Assembly: GCF_022539665.2 (NCBI RefSeq)
Contig: NC_081334.1
Location: 2,170,001 to 2,234,000, forward strand
From: Daphnia carinata
Taxonomy: Eukaryota
Direction of reading: 5' to 3'
DNA length: 64,000 nucleotides
Below the pieces are notes generated by a model. It was given only the letters and a program-made list of their open reading frames with translations, was not told where the DNA came from and made no database searches. Positions 57,750 through 64,000 of this stretch are shown piece by piece. A program made the position numbers and the translations under genes. Position 1 is the stretch's first letter, and each line of letters begins with the position of its first letter.

Positions 57750-60739
57750 CCGAGATATACATCCGCATACTCCTGAGACACTATCTGTTTCATTGATACA
57801 TGCTGTTGTTCGCGACCTGCTTCTTTCTATTGCGACCGATAGTACAACAGCACCAATCGTGTTCTACTATAAGAGGCTTAACACTGAACGTTTTTCATTC
57901 AAGCGAATACAACGGCGAAACCAAAGGCTAATGAAGACATTCTTTTCACCAAACCTACAAAATCCCACTCTTTATGAAGATGGGAAAACAAATTAGAATG
58001 TGTTTGCTTGGAAAGTGAAGAAGAGGTAACATAGTTTCCTGCTACTGCCAGGAAGTCTACAAGAAAGGGAGTGAACGGGGTCAAAATGACAAGTTTTCCT
58101 GGTGATCAGCTTTCGCATCACTTCACAAGAATGAAACTTGTTCGTGATGTTTTCTACTGACATGGGTAACCAAGCATCTTGTATGTGCTGAACTAATTTG
58201 GTTAAAGTCAATCTTTAAAAACACTAACCTTGCTGTGGGTGATTCATTTTTCTTGAACTAGTTGTGTCGCTTTAGGCAGCAACAATGAGACCAGCAGAAG
58301 TAACCAAATGCAGCAATTGTGCTTGAGATTAGTACTGAAACACAGATATGTTCTGGTGAGATTCCAGACAGTTGGATGTGATGTGTAACTGGCAATGAAA
58401 GCTCCTTCAAAGATTGAACCATTTGCCAAAATGTTTCACTGGTTGTGGCGCCACAACAGTTGAACGATTCAGCCATAGCTCACTAAATCTTGTATGTCTA
58501 GTTAAGCCCATGACCTATTGGTCTATGAGTTACTTAATGACTTGTCCAAAGAGTTCTGGTCACTTTTTGCAAATGCTTGGATAGAATATCAATAGAGACA
58601 TCAAACTAAATAAAATTAATTTAACTGATTTTCACCGTTATTTTACAAGCAGCAGATGAAAAGCACTATAAACTCAGGAATCCCTTGTGCATTTTAAACA
58701 ATAAACTAACATCAACATGTCAAAAAGGCTGTTTTCCCTTTTTCTTTTTTGCATCAACATGCCTGGGAATACGGGCTTGCCCGGCTACAGGTCATAAGCA
58801 GGCAAGTAAATTGATACGAAGCCTATTCTTACCCTGTTTTTTTATGCAAATCTATTGCGCAACGTAGCAGATCGCAGGCGCCAAATCCGGCAACAGGCAC
58901 TGATTTCGTCCTATGCGTCCATGTCTTGGGTCAAAATCTTATTGAGTAACAAGAGCACTGACCAGCAATGTCTCTCGTGTACAAAATGGACATGTTGTAA
59001 AGTATTGCTTTCAACATCACTATAACCTACGTTGAACAACCATTCTTGACCTTCCAGTGGTTTCATCATCGCACGAATTTCCTGGGGAGCGAAAAAGAAC
59101 GAAAAGATTTACGTTTCCCGATAACAAAACTTCAAGTATATATACGTCAAAAGTCAGACCAATGAACTCTTTTTTTTTTGATGCTGCGTTTATGGATTCG
59201 CCGAAGCGAGAGCTATTTCTGATTAGCAAGTTGTCAACTGCGTCGTCAAACCGCCCGGGATTTCTTGCTTTTCTCCAAATGGCTGACTGAAAAAAAAATC
59301 CTTTTAATCAAAGACTTGATTTCTCATTAATGCCTTTTATTCTAGTCCATGGCATGGGTACATGGGGATGACTATCGTATCCTCGAACGTTTCATTGGAA
59401 TTTTCTGACAGCTTTCCAAAACGAGTTGTCTAGCTTAGGGAGCAGATCAATTCCAAACATTTTTCGAGCCACTTCTGGTAATTACTGTGATGCATTTTCA
59501 AGTGCTAGTCCCGGTGATTATTAAGCATAGCTCTAAGACAAAATGTGAAAAATTAATTCGATGGGAAGGAAATTAAAAATGAATACTTGGCTCTAGCAGT
59601 GCCACTACAGGCGAAATTGAATTCAAGACTTCAATTACTATTCATGAGAACCTTGAACTAGACCTTCAAACTTCCCCTTGTGAGGAGAACCACAGATTCA
59701 GCATGAGAAAACGCGAACCCACCCAAATCTGCCAGCCTTCTATGAATCTGGAAAAAAAACGTGCTTTTGACCGCATCGTGCATCGCCCACACTTTCTCTT
59801 TCAGAAGGTGTAGAATAACGAAAAAGTCGCGGAATACCGCGTGCTTTACAGTCTGAGCATAAACCAAGTCCAACCTTTTGTGGCATTTCCCTTTCTTCGC
59901 TGTATTGATTAATATTTTAATAAGCCAAAGAACATACAAAACCTTCACTTTATTTGGAGAATCTGCAGAAAGCACACTATACTTCTACATTCGTATACGT
60001 TAAATGTGGCATAATCCATGACCATCATTAATCGTTCCCATTCTCCATGCTGAATTTCCCATAACGCTAGTTTCTAGGGCGTCCTTCTTTCCCACTTTTT
60101 AGCCGAGGTTTACTTTACGCCATCTATGCACGATTTCGATCGCACCTTTTTGAATTTTCAGTTGCCATAAGAGCACTATGGAAAGGAAATTGCGGTTGCT
60201 GTTCTATTGACTGTCGGTGAAAATCATCCTCAAAACCGTGTATTTGCTTTCTTTATCAAGCAAGGCGAATTCTCAAAACTCTAAGCTCTATACCTGTTAA
60301 AATTTAAATGACCATAAATGGGAAATTCGTCGCATTTTAAAGGAAGAAACAAGTTCTATGTTCGCGGAACTGGGAAGCATGTAGTTAGCAGCCGACACTG
60401 AATAGTTGCGCTACGATACAGTCGAGCTAAAAGGCATATTAAATGGACAATAAACTTACGGGAAAACTTAACATGGTGATCGGGAACCCATGGTGGGAGA
60501 TCTCCGAATTTGGAAGAGAATAAAATAGCATTTATTTATGTTAAAAAAAAACTATTATTTTATTTGTTTGCGCACTCGTAAATGTTACAGTTTCTGACGC
60601 AGGGATATCAATATGATCGACATTTAGAAATCTGGATTTCAGAAATTATTTTAAAATGTGTTAGCACAACCACCGTTCCTACGGTATTAGTCGTTTGTTG
60701 TTATTTTACTTTACTGCCGGCGTTCAACACGTGAGAGAG

Positions 60740-62839
60740 ATGTTTAATCGTGCAGTTACCGCTACCCAGTTAAAGCCATGGATAAAATTCAATTATATTC
60801 TTAAAAATGTAACTTTTCCTGTGAGGCCATTTTGTAACAGTTGTCCTAGGTATTCAAACAAAGATGATGAGCCAGTGAAACCTTCTGTTCCAGTTCCCAA
60901 AGATTTCCAAGCAGAACTTGATTATGAAACATATTGCCCACCGTTGGCTCAGCCTATAAAACCTCATGTACACCCTATTAAAAAATCATTTGATTTCTTA
61001 GGAATTACTGGTAGAAATGACCCAAAAACACACACTAATCTTTACTTTCCCCGGCATTGTGACATTATTATTATTGGGGGTGGAATCATGGGCTGCTCTA
61101 TTGCCTACTGGCTGAAGCAGCGAGGTCATGACAATGGGCTAAGAGTGATTGTAGTTGAACAAGATCCAAGTTATACTCGGGCATCAACAGTTTTATCTGT
61201 TGGTGGTTTGCGTCAGCAGTTCTCTTTACCAGAAAACATCCAAATGTCCCTTTATGGAGCAGAATTCTTGAGGAAATCAAAGAAATTACTTTCAGGGGAA
61301 GGTTTGGAAGGTCCTGATGTACAGTTTCACCCATTTGGCTACTTATTTTTAGCCACAGAGAAAGGTGCAGATCAGCTAATTGCTAATCACAAACTTCAAA
61401 CGTAACTTTTAAAACATTTATTAGTCACATGTTTTATCCATACCATTTATGTTTACATATTTATAGATCATTAGGAGCAAAAATACAACTTTTATCTGCC
61501 AAAAAGCTTAAACAAAAATTTCCATGGATCAATACAGATGGTGTTGAGTTGGCTTCTTTTGGACTGGAAAATGAAGGCTGGTATGTTTGTATTCTATGAA
61601 TTGCCAAAAATAGTCATTTACCAACCATTTCTGTTTTCTTTTTCTTTTTAAACATTTCTAGGTTTGATCCTTGGTCATTGCTCAATGGATTCAGGAATAA
61701 GGCTCTAGAAATGGGTGTTGAGTTCGTAAAGGTCTGCAAAATAATTTTGGATTCTGCGCCATGTATTTACTTTTTCTTTTTATGAAGGCGGAAACTGTCG
61801 GTTTTGAAACTCAAGAAATGCTTGTACCTGGTAAGCCTGGTGTCGGAGACAATGGTTGCTTCCAAAAGCTAAAGAGGGTTCATGTACGTAGGACGTAAAT
61901 GACTTAAATAACATCATATTTTAGATTATATTATAGTGTCCCTTCAGGTTCGACTAGATGATGGCGATATAAGAACGATTGATTTTTCCATGTGTGTAAT
62001 GGCGGCTGGTGCTCAGTCCGGTAAAGTCAGTAAATTAGCTGGAATTGGGTTGGGAACAGGCTTGCTGCGCAACGCCCTACCCGTTGAACCTCGGTAAATT
62101 CAAAACCCACAATTTATTATTTTATTTATTCATCATTGTTTTTTTTGTCCTTTTGTCATGCCGTTTTCACAGAAAGCGTTATGTTTATTGTTTCCATGCG
62201 CCTGAAGGTCCAGGACTTGATTGTCCGCTTACAGTAGATACGACAGGGTCGTACTTCAGGTAAACCTCCATAGAAACCTTTACTCCATCTGAAGAATACA
62301 AAATAAAACTTTCGACAATGCAGACGAGAAGGCCTTGGAGGCCACTACGTAGCTGGAAAATCTCCTATTGCCAATGAAGAACCTGGAGTTTCTAATTTGG
62401 ATGTGGATTACACTTTTTTTGATCAGCAAGTTTGGCCAGACGTAGCGCTGCGTGTTCCTGGGTTTGAAAACATAAAGGTATTAAGCTTGATTGGTTATTC
62501 ATGTTGTTTGAGTGTTTTTTATTTATTTGTGGAAATATTTCTGATATTATCTGTAACGATGATATTCACTTTTTCCTCCTTTAGCTGAAGAGTGCATGGT
62601 CTGGCTATTACGATTATAACACGTTTGATCAGAACGGTATAATCGGAATTCATCCATATCACACCAACTTTTTATTCGCTACCGGTTTCAGCGGTCATGG
62701 ATTACAACAAGCGCCTGCTGTTGGAAGGGCTGTAATGGAACTTATTTTGGAGGGCAAGTTCCTCACGATTGATTTGTCTCGTTTTGGATTTGACAGAGTG
62801 ATAACGAATCAACCAGTTTTCGAGCAAAACATTGTCTAG
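60740..62839 (+). CDS. FOXRED1: FAD-dependent oxidoreductase domain-containing protein 1 (complex I assembly factor), multi-exon
   Basis: [18 protein letters not shown]ossmann motif; [83 protein letters not shown]; ends EQNIV* (TAG 62837-62839). Confidence 0.95.
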
Positions 62840-63356
62840 TGTAAAATAATAAGTGACTGCATTGCAATTGAAGCACATCCTTTCACTTTATTGATTATTG
62901 ATGGAATAATCAGGTATTTTCAGGAACCGCCATGCAAGTTTCAGTTGAATGCAGGTTGCCAATAGCAACCCGCTTTATTATTTACTAGCTTGACATATTC
63001 TCGATGACCGGGCAACTAATCTAAAAACAACGAATAATTTTTTTTAAATCGTCCTAAATGATCAGCTAAAAATATAATGTTAAAAGTTGTGCTTCTTTCG
63101 TCTGAGAACAAAAAAAAGGAAATTCTAGCCGGAGAAGTTCACCAAATAATAGAAAATGTTTTATGAATCAACGTTTCCGTGTATTAGCTACATTGCTAAT
63201 TATGTGGGTCCATCGTTCATAGAGTTCTTTTGATAGGAATTCGAATATGCGAACAATGTTTTTTAGAGTTGGCAGGTAATCATTCATCTGATTTGCAAGA
63301 ACTATAACCTACAACTAGTCCAGAAATGCATCATTTAAACGCCATGGAAGGCTATT

Positions 63357-64000
63357 TTACATTTTAACTCGATTTTCTTTTGCCCAATTGGTTATGACTC
63401 TCAAAATATGATCCATCTGGGGGTCAGGAGATCCACGCATTAAATTGACAACTTCACTTAAAGCCTCCCTTCACGTGGGCCAAAGACGAAATGAGAATAT
63501 TATCTTTTCACGAAGAAACTGTATACGAAGAAGATTACCTATGCTCTCGCCCTGCCAAAACCATTTGAAGTAAACCTACGCACGCACCACGTTTTGCAGC
63601 TGCGTGTTCTGGATTCGGATCATATTTGTCCAAAATATCGAACGCTTTTGCTGCCACGTAAAACTGCCCAGTACGGTAACAATCATTAGCCAGTAAGTGA
63701 AGAATTCCTGAGAACAAGAATGAATCCATTTCGTTATTCATAGGAAATTTTCGGCTTTAGATTTACAAACCCAAAGATTCTGCAGATGTTTCCATTCTGG
63801 AGTATATCTCCCAGGCCTGAACAGCTTTGCGGTTCATCACCACTAAGAAACGAAACCGTTTAGTAACGCGGATTTAACTTTTCTTCTGTCTTAATTCGTC
63901 AGATGCTTACGGCATCGTGTTAAACACTCGATATAGTTGTACTCGCTCCGGTACTTTGCGCTCTGGATGGTAACAAGTTCCTCTTCTGCTTCTTTGTAGT
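63357..64000 (-). CDS. TTC26: Intraflagellar transport protein 56 / TTC26, 3' part (runs off window)
   Basis: [40 protein letters not shown]; upstream exon [17 protein letters not shown]; last exon ends [13 protein letters not shown] (TAA 63357-63359). Confidence 0.88.

Noticed and set aside
57900..60200. Protein-like - strand segments with internal stops (e.g. LPEVARKMFGIDLLPKLDNSFWKAV)
   Set aside because: Looks like a decayed coding relic but cannot be assigned without a search.

Overview
Eukaryotic, intron-rich genomic DNA. Short 60-90 bp GT-AG introns and the gene set suggest a branchiopod crustacean such as Daphnia, which is an inference. Six conserved genes are present: TANC/rolling-pebbles (+, ~14.7-22.4 kb, preceded by ~14 kb of homopolymer-rich non-coding DNA), Exportin-6 (-), PCBD/DCoH (-), an Oatp74D/Ecdysone-importer-like OATP (-), FOXRED1 (+) and the 3' end of TTC26/IFT56 (-). 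A ~20 kb accessory region lies between XPO6 and PCBD. It holds an array of nine co-oriented CTCF-like motifs (~32.0-32.3 kb) and a 12.8 kb nested inverted duplication (33590-46409). The two ~3.55 kb arms each carry a truncated, intron-containing vasa-type DEAD-box pseudogene fused to an unrelated exon, both pointing inward. The unique core of this palindrome contains two densely base-paired GC-rich modules (39261-39624 and 40175-40492), a cassette of small overlapping ORFs and a T-free 23-bp minisatellite. A third, diverged copy of the arm's putative promoter sits at ~47.8 kb. Exon boundaries and stems were read by eye; no alignments, searches or folding programs were run.
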